DNA of 64,000 nucleotides from a virus (lineage: Duplodnaviria > Caudoviricetes): the IMG/VR virus record IMGVR_UViG_3300042363_001420; one strand, written 5' to 3'. The notes beneath the pieces are model-generated. The model saw nothing but the letters and a program-made list of their open reading frames with translations, did not search any database and was not told where the DNA came from. Both the position numbers and the translations under genes were made by a program. How positions within the stretch are numbered: the first letter of the stretch is position 1; every line of letters begins with the position of its first letter. Positions 55,405-64,000 of this stretch are shown in pieces.

Positions 55405-56368
55405 TTTGTCTTTTCCTTAATTCTAGTTTAATCTTACTGGTTTCTCGAGCATGAATAATAGTTAGTAATGTTCCTAACCGGCCGTATTTCTTTACAGCGT
55501 CATTGACATCTTTGCAACCTTCCCAAGCTGGCATACTAACGCTCCAGCCCAATTCAACAGCACGATCCACTAACTTCATGCCGGCGCGGTCTTGATCTGG
55601 TATTACAATGATTTCTTTATCTAAGCTACGTATCAGTCTAGCTTGTGTGTCGTTGATGTCGGCATGCAGCACAGCTATACCGTTGATGCTTAGTGCATCA
55701 AATACTCCTTCCATGACCAATACATATTTCCATTCAGGCTGTTGTAAATCTATTCCAAACACATAACCAGGTTGTGTATCATGAACATATCTGGGATTAC
55801 GATCATCTAAGTAACGTATGGTATTACCGACGATTTTGCCATTGTAAGTAAAGGGCACAATCAATCCGGGACGACCGGTCCACTTGGCATCAGGAGGACT
55901 GCATAGCATACCAAAAGGATAGTCTGTAGGTGCGCAGCGTTTCTTAAGATAGTCGTAATGTACCGGTGTATTTTGGTCCACAATCGCAAAGCCTTCGGGC
56001 AATTCTCGTTCTTCAAACTCAATGCCTTGTAATGTATCAAAGATTCTTTGCCGATCATCTAAGATACCTTGTATACTTTTGTGTCGAAGACTTTCTAGGT
56101 TAATACGCTCAATTTCTTCAGAAGGCACATGTAACCATGTCATGAACTTGCGAGCCTTGACTCCTATGTTTCTTCCTAGAATAAAGCTAGCAGTAAATCC
56201 GCAATTGAAGCAGTGAAAACTCCAACCTTGTTCGTTTATTTTAAGTCCACCACGTTGGCGACGATCTGCACTCTCGCCATTGTGTACACAACAAGGAGCA
56301 TTAAAACTAATCCAACCGGATGCACCTTGTTTGCGTTTTGCAGGAAGATATTGACGTAGATCGATCAT
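55388..56368 (-). CDS. DNA primase (zinc finger + TOPRIM)
   Basis: PCC..H, HCFNC, EGVFDA, PDQD.AG, KDVND. Confidence 0.9.
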   Translation of the reverse strand: MIDLRQYLPAKRKQGASGWISFNAPCCVHNGESADRRQRGGLKINEQGWSFHCFNCGFTASFILGRNIGVKARKFMTWLHVPSEEIERINLESLRHKSIQGILDDRQRIFDTLQGIEFEERELPEGFAIVDQNTPVHYDYLKKRCAPTDYPFGMLCSPPDAKWTGRPGLIVPFTYNGKIVGNTIRYLDDRNPRYVHDTQPGYVFGIDLQQPEWKYVLVMEGVFDALSINGIAVLHADINDTQARLIRSLDKEIIVIPDQDRAGMKLVDRAVELGWSVSMPAWEGCKDVNDAVKKYGRLGTLLTIIHARETSKIKLELRKRQIVKGL

Positions 56369-57087
56369 GCTGTTAGTATAGCACGATCTATCTCCTGGAT
56401 CAAGTGATTGCGAATAACTTCGTGACCCTTTTCGTTAGGATGACGTTGCGGTGCGAACAGATCTGATTTAACAGGTAGTAGATTATTCAAACTGGATTTC
56501 TTAAAGACCATGCTGTCAACATCGATAGTTTTATGCCATTCAATGGTAAAAAATTGCATGACATTTTTAGATAGAGAATGATGTTGTCCGTCAAAAAATA
56601 GCACAGTCGAATTGGTATTAAGGGCATGCATTTCTGGACAATCAGTTAAGACTATGTGTTTCTTTACCATGTCAATCCATTCGGTGCTGAAGCAAGTAGC
56701 ACCACCGTGTATCCAAGAACTGTGTACGTACCGATTCCAAGGAGGATCATTTAACATAACTTCGTGCTGTGGATTGTAAAAGGTATGTCGATTTGGATCG
56801 GTATGTCCGACCAGGATCAAACACTCAGCAGGATCTAATTTTTCGTTTTCTAACCACCAAAGATAAGTCCAGATAGAACTCTGCATGCTGCCGCCCGCTA
56901 CGCCAAAATTCTGGGTCGGTACTCCGTAATGTTGTCCCAATAACCCTAAAAAGCAGTGACTTTCTCTATAAGGGGTATTCAAATGCAAAACTGGGTGTGC
57001 ATGTGGATGATCTACCAGTTCTGGATTCAACAGTTCGTCGCCCCAGATCCAGCTGTCACCGAATCCTACAATTTTTTTAAATTTCAT
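56365..57087 (-). CDS. SGNH/GDSL hydrolase-like protein
   Basis: FGDSW, NFGVAGGS, HPNEKGH. Confidence 0.7.
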   Translation of the reverse strand: MKFKKIVGFGDSWIWGDELLNPELVDHPHAHPVLHLNTPYRESHCFLGLLGQHYGVPTQNFGVAGGSMQSSIWTYLWWLENEKLDPAECLILVGHTDPNRHTFYNPQHEVMLNDPPWNRYVHSSWIHGGATCFSTEWIDMVKKHIVLTDCPEMHALNTNSTVLFFDGQHHSLSKNVMQFFTIEWHKTIDVDSMVFKKSSLNNLLPVKSDLFAPQRHPNEKGHEVIRNHLIQEIDRAILTA

Positions 57088-57869
57088 CTGTATTGTATTA
57101 AATCAATATTGCCGTTTGAAATAGCTAGTTCTAGTCTGAGATAAGGATGATATCCAGCGACTGTAATGCCGATACGTTGAAAAGAATTAACCAATGTCAG
57201 TTGATCCTTTTCAACTCCGGATTCTAAATCATAAAAAGGAACATCGTACCATTCTACTGTTTGGGCTGTAGCATCAGTTGATCCCTGCACTGACAGTGTG
57301 CCTGTGAAGTCAACGGGATCCATTTGAAATGTAGTAAGTCTACTGCCGTTGGTAGTTAAAGTACTGGTATAGTATACACTGGAATCGGGTGCTTGACTGG
57401 GTATAGTCAGTTCTTGGCTGGCCACAAAGGCCGGAAATACTGAATCCACTAAATCAATGTCACCGCGAGCACCAGAATAATCGTCAGTTAATACTGCTTG
57501 ATCCAGCACACCTGACGAAACTTCAAGGCTCCAACTAGCAGGTTGTGCTTGAAAATTTAGTGTGTCAACAGCTGGAATCGTAACTTTAGCACGTCCAGTG
57601 GCAGCGTTTAGCGTGACTAATTCGCGAGCGTACAAGAGATTTTGGCCGTCTTGACTGATGATACGAAAAGTAAAAGTAGATCCTGTGATATTGACAGGTT
57701 TTTGATCTTGATTGAGAAATTGAAACAGGATAACATTATCCACGCCCAAATTACATTTTAAACTTTTAGCATACACCGGATTCCACCTCGCATTAAAATA
57801 GTCGCCGCTGACATCAATCAATAAAACGTTCTGAATTTGTTGATATAAATAGGCAGTGGTTGAATACAT
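57084..57869 (-). CDS. Putative virion (baseplate/adaptor-like) protein
   Basis: GVDNVILFQFLNQDQKPVNITG; beta-rich; GGAG RBS and TAAATA upstream. Confidence 0.5.
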   Translation of the reverse strand: MYSTTAYLYQQIQNVLLIDVSGDYFNARWNPVYAKSLKCNLGVDNVILFQFLNQDQKPVNITGSTFTFRIISQDGQNLLYARELVTLNAATGRAKVTIPAVDTLNFQAQPASWSLEVSSGVLDQAVLTDDYSGARGDIDLVDSVFPAFVASQELTIPSQAPDSSVYYTSTLTTNGSRLTTFQMDPVDFTGTLSVQGSTDATAQTVEWYDVPFYDLESGVEKDQLTLVNSFQRIGITVAGYHPYLRLELAISNGNIDLIQYR

Positions 57870-57890
57870 TATAACTCTCCAACGATATTT

Positions 57891-58268
57891 ATGGGCACCA
57901 GCATAATAGAACAACTTACTGCCAAATATCCGTTTATGTCCGTGTGCGTTTATGCAAACATGGAATATGTCGGCATCGTTCAAAATCGTGATGAAAATAT
58001 CACTACAATCTACGACTTTGGCAACATACAAAACACCGAACTAAAACTGTTGTTTATAGAACTGGCTCAAATATGGTGGTGGGAAAGCAATCGTAGCATA
58101 CCCATCAACATATTTCTTCGTAAAGAATGGGGACCATTTAGAGAATATCGCAGAACCTTTATCAACAAAGATCTAACAGTGTTGTGCGGTCCTGTGTGTA
58201 GTCTAAACGATTTAAATCGTAGAAAAAACAAAAAAAAGTCCATCACCTTAGTCAGACGCAGCGACTGA
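57891..58268 (+). CDS. Hypothetical protein
   Basis: YVGIVQN, WWWESNRSIPINIFL. Confidence 0.65.
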   Translation: MGTSIIEQLTAKYPFMSVCVYANMEYVGIVQNRDENITTIYDFGNIQNTELKLLFIELAQIWWWESNRSIPINIFLRKEWGPFREYRRTFINKDLTVLCGPVCSLNDLNRRKNKKKSITLVRRSD

Positions 58269-58829
58269 ATCTTCTAACAGATTCATATGCAAAGCCACTA
58301 ACCGACTGTACCCCAGAGCATGGGCCTTCTTGAACACAAATCCTCGACTATCGTCGCCGTCCCAAACCGAAGCAAACACTTCTGCCCAAGGTTGATTTTG
58401 CAAATGTGCTTTGCCAGGTCTAATTACACTAATAAAGGCTGCCATACGAGGAATACTGTCGGGTCGCATGGTTTGCAACAGTTCTACATAATTCCCCACG
58501 TGTACTAATTGGCTAGCCCAAGTAGAATCTGTCCAAAGTCTCGACCAGTTGGGTTCTTTGGCTAACATTTGTTCATAATGATCTGGATCTCGTACCAATT
58601 GATACACGGACATGTTCAACAAATCAATTTTAAAATAACCCCGAGACTCTGCTTGAGTATAATCTATTGCTGCACAACCATGAACAGGATCCCGAGGAAT
58701 ATCAGTTACATATACACCACTGTTGTGTTTTCGTACTTGTCCTTGGTGCAGTTGTCGTGCTGGAACATGTTGAATTAGTTCCAGCACACGATTACGATCT
58801 GCTAAGTCTATATCAATATCCGCTGACAT
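58248..58829 (-). CDS. Miniature DNA polymerase III alpha (DnaE)-like catalytic core
   Basis: ADIDID, HNSGVY, FKIDLLN, IRPG, FKKAHALGY. Confidence 0.8.
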   Translation of the reverse strand: MSADIDIDLADRNRVLELIQHVPARQLHQGQVRKHNSGVYVTDIPRDPVHGCAAIDYTQAESRGYFKIDLLNMSVYQLVRDPDHYEQMLAKEPNWSRLWTDSTWASQLVHVGNYVELLQTMRPDSIPRMAAFISVIRPGKAHLQNQPWAEVFASVWDGDDSRGFVFKKAHALGYSRLVALHMNLLEDSVAASD

Positions 58830-59530
58830 TACCAACCTGCCTGTTTTAAAATATCTCGTACTGTTGCAGCATCTTCGGAGTAGTCTTGAATTTTCTTTTT
58901 CCAAACATCTGCATCAACATAAGACCAAATCATAGTAATCTGTTGTTCATTTAATCTTGACAAGAATTCAACTCCGGAATCCGAGTTGTACAATGCCCAA
59001 GCCGACAAGCGTCCGGCTACAATGTCGTGGCATAACACATTGTCGTTCCCGTATCTCACATAGTCGTGAGCAGGGTGTCCGGTTTTTTCAGACCAAACAA
59101 TGCTGGCTTCTATAGCACGGTGTATGGCATCCATGCAGTTTTCTACTTGCAGATATTCTACTAAGAATTCGCTGTAAACACTATCTTTGCACCAGTAATC
59201 TATTTTCTTGTTATTTTTTAATAACCATTCCACAAATCTAATAATATTAACAGCACGTATAGATACGCAGTATTGACCGAATCGAGCAAATGCACGATAG
59301 TAAGGACTGGCAGCAAAGTCGTCGAACGTTTTAGGTCGACTGATTCCTTGGCTAATTTCGTAAAATTTTTGATAAGCACGTAATCCTATCTGCACACCAG
59401 TTTCGTTCTGGCTTTGATAACGTTTCTTTTTTTCACACACATGCACCATTAGTGTAGTTTCTTTTGAGAAAGATTTCTTACAATACTGGCATTCAAATTT
59501 CATATTGGTCAACAGTTGATTTTCAAACAT
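58829..59530 (-). CDS. Zinc-finger protein in the replication cluster
   Basis: FECQYCKKSF..E.TL..HVC. Confidence 0.65.
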   Translation of the reverse strand: MFENQLLTNMKFECQYCKKSFSKETTLMVHVCEKKKRYQSQNETGVQIGLRAYQKFYEISQGISRPKTFDDFAASPYYRAFARFGQYCVSIRAVNIIRFVEWLLKNNKKIDYWCKDSVYSEFLVEYLQVENCMDAIHRAIEASIVWSEKTGHPAHDYVRYGNDNVLCHDIVAGRLSAWALYNSDSGVEFLSRLNEQQITMIWSYVDADVWKKKIQDYSEDAATVRDILKQAGW

Positions 59531-59979
59531 TATTTCTTTGCGTCGTTGCCAAGGTCTCGAATGTATTGATCGAGTTCTTGTTTGGTAGTTATTGCTGCCA
59601 GAAGATCCAACTCATCATCTTTGAGTTCCAAAAACAGTTCTGCTAATTTTTTTCTTATGGCATTACCACCGGGTTCTTTCTTTTTGGGACTGATCCATTG
59701 ATGTTTGTGCGAACCCATGCCGGGACTGACGGCTGTGGCCATTAGCCATTGTAGTTTGGGATGTCGACTGACAGCAAAGAAGTTTTTGTTGAGATAGTGA
59801 TTACAACTTTGCACATAATACTCTTGCAGTTCTTGAGATCCTTGTACACCACTGCTCCATCGAACCATAAGATAAGTGCTGAATTTTTTGCGTTCTTCGT
59901 CTGTTAGATCATCATAAAAATTTCTGTTTTTGAGATCTAACTGGCGCATTTCGTTATTGATGTTTAGTTTATCACTCAT
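59530..59979 (-). CDS. Clamp loader small subunit-like (gp62-like) protein
   Basis: FSTYLMVRW.S, N...N, HPKLQW, HQWI pattern and replication context. Confidence 0.5.
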   Translation of the reverse strand: MSDKLNINNEMRQLDLKNRNFYDDLTDEERKKFSTYLMVRWSSGVQGSQELQEYYVQSCNHYLNKNFFAVSRHPKLQWLMATAVSPGMGSHKHQWISPKKKEPGGNAIRKKLAELFLELKDDELDLLAAITTKQELDQYIRDLGNDAKK

Positions 59980-60274
59980 CTTCGGACACAGTTCCGTTCT
60001 TGTGATGACGAGATTGCCGGTCCATATCCTGCATCAGACGCTGTTCTTGCATGGTACGCTCGTTAAAAAACTTGCGTGGGTTGCCACACATAACACAGTT
60101 GCTATTACCACAAGTCACGCCCGATTTCTTGTGATATCGATGCGAGCTGTCTATCTTACCAGTGTTGATACCAGGAAACTTGTGTGCTTGACGAATGCGC
60201 ACTTGGCGTGCAATGTGTCGATTCTTTTGTTGAATGCGGCGATCATGGGCCGCTTTGTTTTCTTCATTACTCAC
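59972..60274 (-). CDS. Small basic Cys-motif protein
   Basis: CGNSNCVMCGNPRK. Confidence 0.65.
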   Translation of the reverse strand: MSNEENKAAHDRRIQQKNRHIARQVRIRQAHKFPGINTGKIDSSHRYHKKSGVTCGNSNCVMCGNPRKFFNERTMQEQRLMQDMDRQSRHHKNGTVSEDE

Positions 60275-60468
60275 TTGATCCTCGCTGCAACTTCGTTAAT
60301 AGCTACACGTAAGCGTACTATATCTCTATGCATCCTGTCAATGGTTCTTTGTTGTTCTTCAACTTGATCGGTTAATTTTTTAATTCGTTGCTCAATTTTT
60401 TTATCCGTCTTTGCATCTGAATTTGCTTGAATTTTAGGTGCGCTGTTGTCGTGATTGTATTGTGACAT
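60271..60468 (-). CDS. Small coiled-coil protein
   Basis: Heptad pattern; coupled ORF. Confidence 0.55.
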   Translation of the reverse strand: MSQYNHDNSAPKIQANSDAKTDKKIEQRIKKLTDQVEEQQRTIDRMHRDIVRLRVAINEVAARIK

Positions 60469-60471
60469 AGT

Positions 60472-60972
60472 TTACCAGGCCTTGTTGTAGTCTAAAATTT
60501 CACAGTTTCTACTGATGTCTTTAACGAAGTATACACATTCAGGTTTATGGCTGTCGTCCAAGGGCACACACAACATTTGTCCATTTTTGAGTTTAGGGGC
60601 ATACCAAGCCACATCGTGATAAACATCTACAATGTCAATTTCAATAAAACTAGGCCTAAAACTAGTGAGCGGGTTAAATTGAAATGCTTTAAATCCGCGG
60701 TCATTGATACTGGTCAAAGGCAGTACTTCTAGGTCGCCGCCGTCGGGTTCTCCGATCAGTATACGCCAATCCATAGGCATCTTGATTGTGCAGTCACCTA
60801 TTTGTAGTACCAAAGCCGGAGCATTAAAACTTTCAAGAAATATCAGTGGAATGTAATGATAGTCCGGATTGGCAGGATCACTATTGTCTAAAATAGCAAA
60901 GCGCATGTCGTCAACTTCCTCTGGAAGTGTGTTTAAATCGTAAGCAAGATTGTCTAAGGTCAGTATTCTCAT
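60472..60972 (-). CDS. Hypothetical all-beta protein (possible degenerate Hint-like fold)
   Basis: VLQIGDCTIKMPMDWRILI resembles intein block B spacing. Confidence 0.5.
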   Translation of the reverse strand: MRILTLDNLAYDLNTLPEEVDDMRFAILDNSDPANPDYHYIPLIFLESFNAPALVLQIGDCTIKMPMDWRILIGEPDGGDLEVLPLTSINDRGFKAFQFNPLTSFRPSFIEIDIVDVYHDVAWYAPKLKNGQMLCVPLDDSHKPECVYFVKDISRNCEILDYNKAW

Positions 60973-60987
60973 GTGTTAATTATAAAA

Positions 60988-61635
60988 CTATTTGTTGTAA
61001 AAAGCAACCTGTTGTTGGACAATTTCTATTGCCTGATGAGCAAATGTTGTTTGCCAATTTAGATTATGAGTATGGAAACTAGGAGAATTTTTAAAATCCT
61101 GATATGTAGCAAGATTCAAAGAAATTTTCTTGTCTTCAAATTCAGCCAAGATTGATTTCCAATCTTGCGTATCGCTGAGTGGGTGTGCAATATTACAGTC
61201 CAACATCAAAGGTGTCCATGCATAAGGAATACGCAGTTTCTCTAAAGTTAGAAATACTGCTCGCATCAAAATATATGTTTCAAACAAGACCATTCTTTCT
61301 GATACAGTAGCAGCATAATACTCGCAAGTTAATTTTTGATCTCGAGTGATATAATTAACTGCTCCGTTGTTGTACCAAAGTCGACCCGGATGATCAATTA
61401 TTCCCTCTGGCGGCATATCAAAGTTTAATCTATAAGGTGCAGTAAATCCCACGACTACAGCATCGGGTATCTCTGTTAAACATTGTAACACCTGATAGGC
61501 AATCATGCTGTTGCTGGATCCCGACTGAGATCTAATAACACTGTGATATATGTTTTGAATCTCGGACCAATGTTCTCCTGTATAGTCCGGATCCTGCGTC
61601 ATAAAACTATCACCAAACACATAAAGTTTTTTCAT
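60988..61635 (-). CDS. SGNH/GDSL hydrolase-like protein
   Basis: VFGDSF, SGSSN, GFT, C-terminal FH. Confidence 0.6.
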   Translation of the reverse strand: MKKLYVFGDSFMTQDPDYTGEHWSEIQNIYHSVIRSQSGSSNSMIAYQVLQCLTEIPDAVVVGFTAPYRLNFDMPPEGIIDHPGRLWYNNGAVNYITRDQKLTCEYYAATVSERMVLFETYILMRAVFLTLEKLRIPYAWTPLMLDCNIAHPLSDTQDWKSILAEFEDKKISLNLATYQDFKNSPSFHTHNLNWQTTFAHQAIEIVQQQVAFYNK

Positions 61636-63122
61636 GTTTGCCAATCTAACTTTTCTTGTGTGAAAGGGTATTTGGCGTCTTTGTAAAATGCTTTGCGATT
61701 GGTCAAGTGACGTTTGCTGAATTTGCAGGTGCTGGTTATGTCCCAAATCTCTACATGATTCTTGTCTTCGGCTTTTCTAATTCCGCGCCCAATACTTTGT
61801 ATTACTCTGGTAAAACTTTTACCAGACTCGATCATGACCAAATTAAAAATTCTAGGTATGTTAATACCCACGGCTGCTACACCGTATGTGGCAATGATGA
61901 TCTTGTTGCTGCTGGTAGCAACTTCGTCGTATTCGTCTTTTCTATCCGAAGCTTTGGTAGCACCCGACACAAACACCACGTCTGGACGATCTGTTAGCAA
62001 GCTAAAAACAGTGCTCAGCTGTGTCTGCAGTATCTTTCCAGTTTCAATTCGATCTACTAAAATCAGTGTATTACCAGTGTCTTTGATTTTGTCAATCAAA
62101 CTGGTCACAGCCGACAACCTCTCTGTTGTAGTAACCAAATACTTGAGTTCGCTTTGATAATCTCGATACTCAACATGATCTATCAACTGTACAATGTTGA
62201 CATGGCATTGTGCCAGCACTCCTTGTGTTTGTAATTCATGTGCCCGTAGTTTACCTACCACAGGACCTAAACTACATTGCAGTGCTTTAAATTCAAAATC
62301 TTCTTTGGGTACTGTTCCAGTTAATCCCCACCTAATGGGAATATGTGCCATCACACCGGTCAATAATGTTTTGAGTGCGTCAGCTTTGGCCATGTGAACT
62401 TCGTCAACTATCACACATACTACTCCTTCAAGAAACTCTTCAATGGTACAGTCAGTGTCTCCGGATTGAGTATTCTTTAGCAGAACATTTAGACTTTGCC
62501 ATGTACAGATAGTATGAGTTTTACCCCATTCCTTTCTGTCACCAAAATAAACACCCACGTTTAATCCTAGATTACGATAGTCAGTTTCGGTTTGCGTGAC
62601 TAGACTCTTGTTGGGTACAATAACAACTGTACGACCATAAGGTTCAGCTTTCCAGCTCAGTGCGGCTGTGATAAGAGTTTTACCAGCTCCGGTTGCGATT
62701 TCTTGCAGACTTTGTGTGTTGGTTAAAAAGTTATTGATAATTTCAACTTGGTAGTCTCGCAGAACAACCGGTTGTCCGACACGTTCATGTCCTGGGGGCC
62801 AAACTTTGTCTGCAAAGGTATCTTCGAGCATGGCTTCGAATTCAAAATTCGAACTGTAGGTTCTTAGATCCTCAAGCTCAATATCGTAACCTTCATCTTC
62901 GAGTATAGGAACAATTTCTGGCAATAAATTTACATAAGTGCTGCCGCCCAACTGAAAGTATGCTACTTTACCGTCCCATCGTCCCAATCTTACAGCTGGC
63001 AAATAACGAGCAGCAGGATTTAGATACTTAAACTTGTTGACTAGCTTGCGACGTGTATCTAAGTCAAGTCCTTCGATTTTAATATTAACTTCGTCGCGTA
63101 TTATAATTGTGGTTGTTTTCAT
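61632..63122 (-). CDS. uvsW: Superfamily 2 helicase (UvsW-like)
   Basis: LRDYQ, ATGAGKT, DEVH, GLTGT, QSIGRGIR; WDGK N-terminal motif. Confidence 0.88.
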   Translation of the reverse strand: MKTTTIIIRDEVNIKIEGLDLDTRRKLVNKFKYLNPAARYLPAVRLGRWDGKVAYFQLGGSTYVNLLPEIVPILEDEGYDIELEDLRTYSSNFEFEAMLEDTFADKVWPPGHERVGQPVVLRDYQVEIINNFLTNTQSLQEIATGAGKTLITAALSWKAEPYGRTVVIVPNKSLVTQTETDYRNLGLNVGVYFGDRKEWGKTHTICTWQSLNVLLKNTQSGDTDCTIEEFLEGVVCVIVDEVHMAKADALKTLLTGVMAHIPIRWGLTGTVPKEDFEFKALQCSLGPVVGKLRAHELQTQGVLAQCHVNIVQLIDHVEYRDYQSELKYLVTTTERLSAVTSLIDKIKDTGNTLILVDRIETGKILQTQLSTVFSLLTDRPDVVFVSGATKASDRKDEYDEVATSSNKIIIATYGVAAVGINIPRIFNLVMIESGKSFTRVIQSIGRGIRKAEDKNHVEIWDITSTCKFSKRHLTNRKAFYKDAKYPFTQEKLDWQT

Positions 63123-63897
63123 GTGATTCTATCAATCTGTGATATAGACTCAAATCTCGACTGAACATTTGGTATAATTCTGCCGGTGGGATAGTCTGCG
63201 AATAAATTTTTTGTAATTCAATAAAACATTGCTGCTTCATTGGGCTGGATTGATTAATTCGATTAATTACATTTGGTAATTTGATATTTACCGTGTGTGT
63301 ATCTGCAAACTGTTTGATTTGTTGCTGTAATTCAACATCCGTATACGGTTCCATTGGAATCCAATTTATTTTTTCCAATAAATGTCCAAACATAAACGAA
63401 TATGGCATTGTGTGAGCATCAAGTGTACTTATTGTTCCTAAAAACTTAGCAAAGTCTGATTGTTGCAACAACAAAAATAATTTCTTATAGTCGTAGTCGT
63501 ATGATTGACCTAAATTTTCTAATATTCCTTTAATACGTCGAGTAAACGGATGTAATAATAGCCCAAACAAATGAACGTTATCTAAATTTAAATTAGAGAG
63601 TTTTACCGGAGTCCATTCGTTTTGTACATGTAATAGATCAACATAGTAAGAATTTGCACATTTCATTACCGGAACGTAAACTATGTTCTGACATTGGTAA
63701 CCTGTGTTATGAAAACTATGATCTGCCCAATATTTCTCATCTTCGAGTTGATTTAATCTCTGCTGAAAATTGTGCATTTGGAAACATTCTTGTTGTATGT
63801 TGTATGGCAATTTTAAAAAATCATTATAGGTTGTAGCATCTGGCCACGAATCGTCGCGTACACGATTATAAAAATCACTAAAAAAATAATCACTCAT
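63085..63897 (-). CDS. Sulfotransferase-family-like protein with N-terminal FY..VRD.SWP module
   Basis: FYNRVRDDSWPD; VYVPVMKCANSY; HPFTRRIKGI; LDAH. Confidence 0.45.
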   Translation of the reverse strand: MSDYFFSDFYNRVRDDSWPDATTYNDFLKLPYNIQQECFQMHNFQQRLNQLEDEKYWADHSFHNTGYQCQNIVYVPVMKCANSYYVDLLHVQNEWTPVKLSNLNLDNVHLFGLLLHPFTRRIKGILENLGQSYDYDYKKLFLLLQQSDFAKFLGTISTLDAHTMPYSFMFGHLLEKINWIPMEPYTDVELQQQIKQFADTHTVNIKLPNVINRINQSSPMKQQCFIELQKIYSQTIPPAELYQMFSRDLSLYHRLIESHENNHNYNTRRS

Positions 63898-63903
63898 AGT
63901 CTT

Positions 63904-63932
63904 ATTATATACAAGTCTAAAATAAAAGTCAA
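63904..63932 (-). promoter_or_regulatory. Sigma70-type promoter, probably giving a leaderless mRNA
   Basis: TTGACT-17 nt-TATAAT, 6 nt before the ATG at 63897. Confidence 0.75.
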
Positions 63933-63963
63933 AAAAAGAGGCACCGTATTGTTACGATACCTC
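63931..63963 (-). terminator. Rho-independent terminator
   Basis: GAGGTATCGT-aacaat-ACGGTGCCTC followed by a T7 run. Confidence 0.75.
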
Positions 63964-64000
63964 AAACAGATTGTCTAAACAGGAGCGTTTACTACAGACA

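Noticed and set aside
3854-62397. Numerous 60-180 aa ORFs nested in or antisense to long genes
   Set aside because: Shadow frames of well-supported genes with no motifs or translation signals
1-64000. Bacterial chromosome origin, or stop-codon reassignment
   Set aside because: Host-like genes are mixed with PAAR, UvsW, a phage-type primase/helicase and late promoter motifs; known genes are full length under the standard code and TAA, TAG and TGA all act as stops

Overview
This 64 kb window is almost certainly part of a large (jumbo-type) tailed dsDNA phage genome read with the standard genetic code. It is gene-dense and mostly on the minus strand. Replication and repair genes include a DnaB/gp41-like helicase, a primase, a UvsW-like helicase, a clamp-loader small subunit-like gene, an ATP-dependent ligase, a PD-(D/E)XK exonuclease, UvsE, a class Ia NrdA/NrdB/glutaredoxin set and a very short DnaE-like catalytic core. 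Virion genes include PAAR and baseplate/tail-like proteins. Host-type genes are unusually numerous: two ClpP, ClpX, ClpS, Hsp20, ribosomal protein bS21, IscU, IscA, a phasin, TctA/TctC, DadA and a class II aldolase. A large dispersed set of putative glycan-tailoring enzymes is present: five paralogous glycosyltransferase-like proteins, UDP-glucose dehydrogenase, an amidinotransferase, 2OG-Fe(II)-like oxygenases, sulfotransferase-like proteins, an APS kinase fusion, SGNH hydrolases, a radical SAM enzyme, an SDR and a methyltransferase. An early region (~19.4-26.4 kb) holds small ORFs behind repeated sigma70-type promoter cassettes, and T4-like late motifs (TAAATA) precede many other genes. The host is inferred, not shown, to be a PHA-storing proteobacterium, probably a betaproteobacterium. 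The best candidates for undescribed biology are a PolX-like nucleotidyltransferase fused to a ligase-like domain with putative head-protease sites, a ~193-aa mini-DnaE, a ~170-nt structured intergenic RNA, a TctA/TctC-linked enzyme cluster, a putative PAPS-dependent glycan decoration pathway, and host-type cis elements (ROSE-like thermometer, PhaR-like box). No CRISPR array, canonical tRNA, rRNA or transposase was seen. All calls come from reading motifs by eye; no database searches were run.
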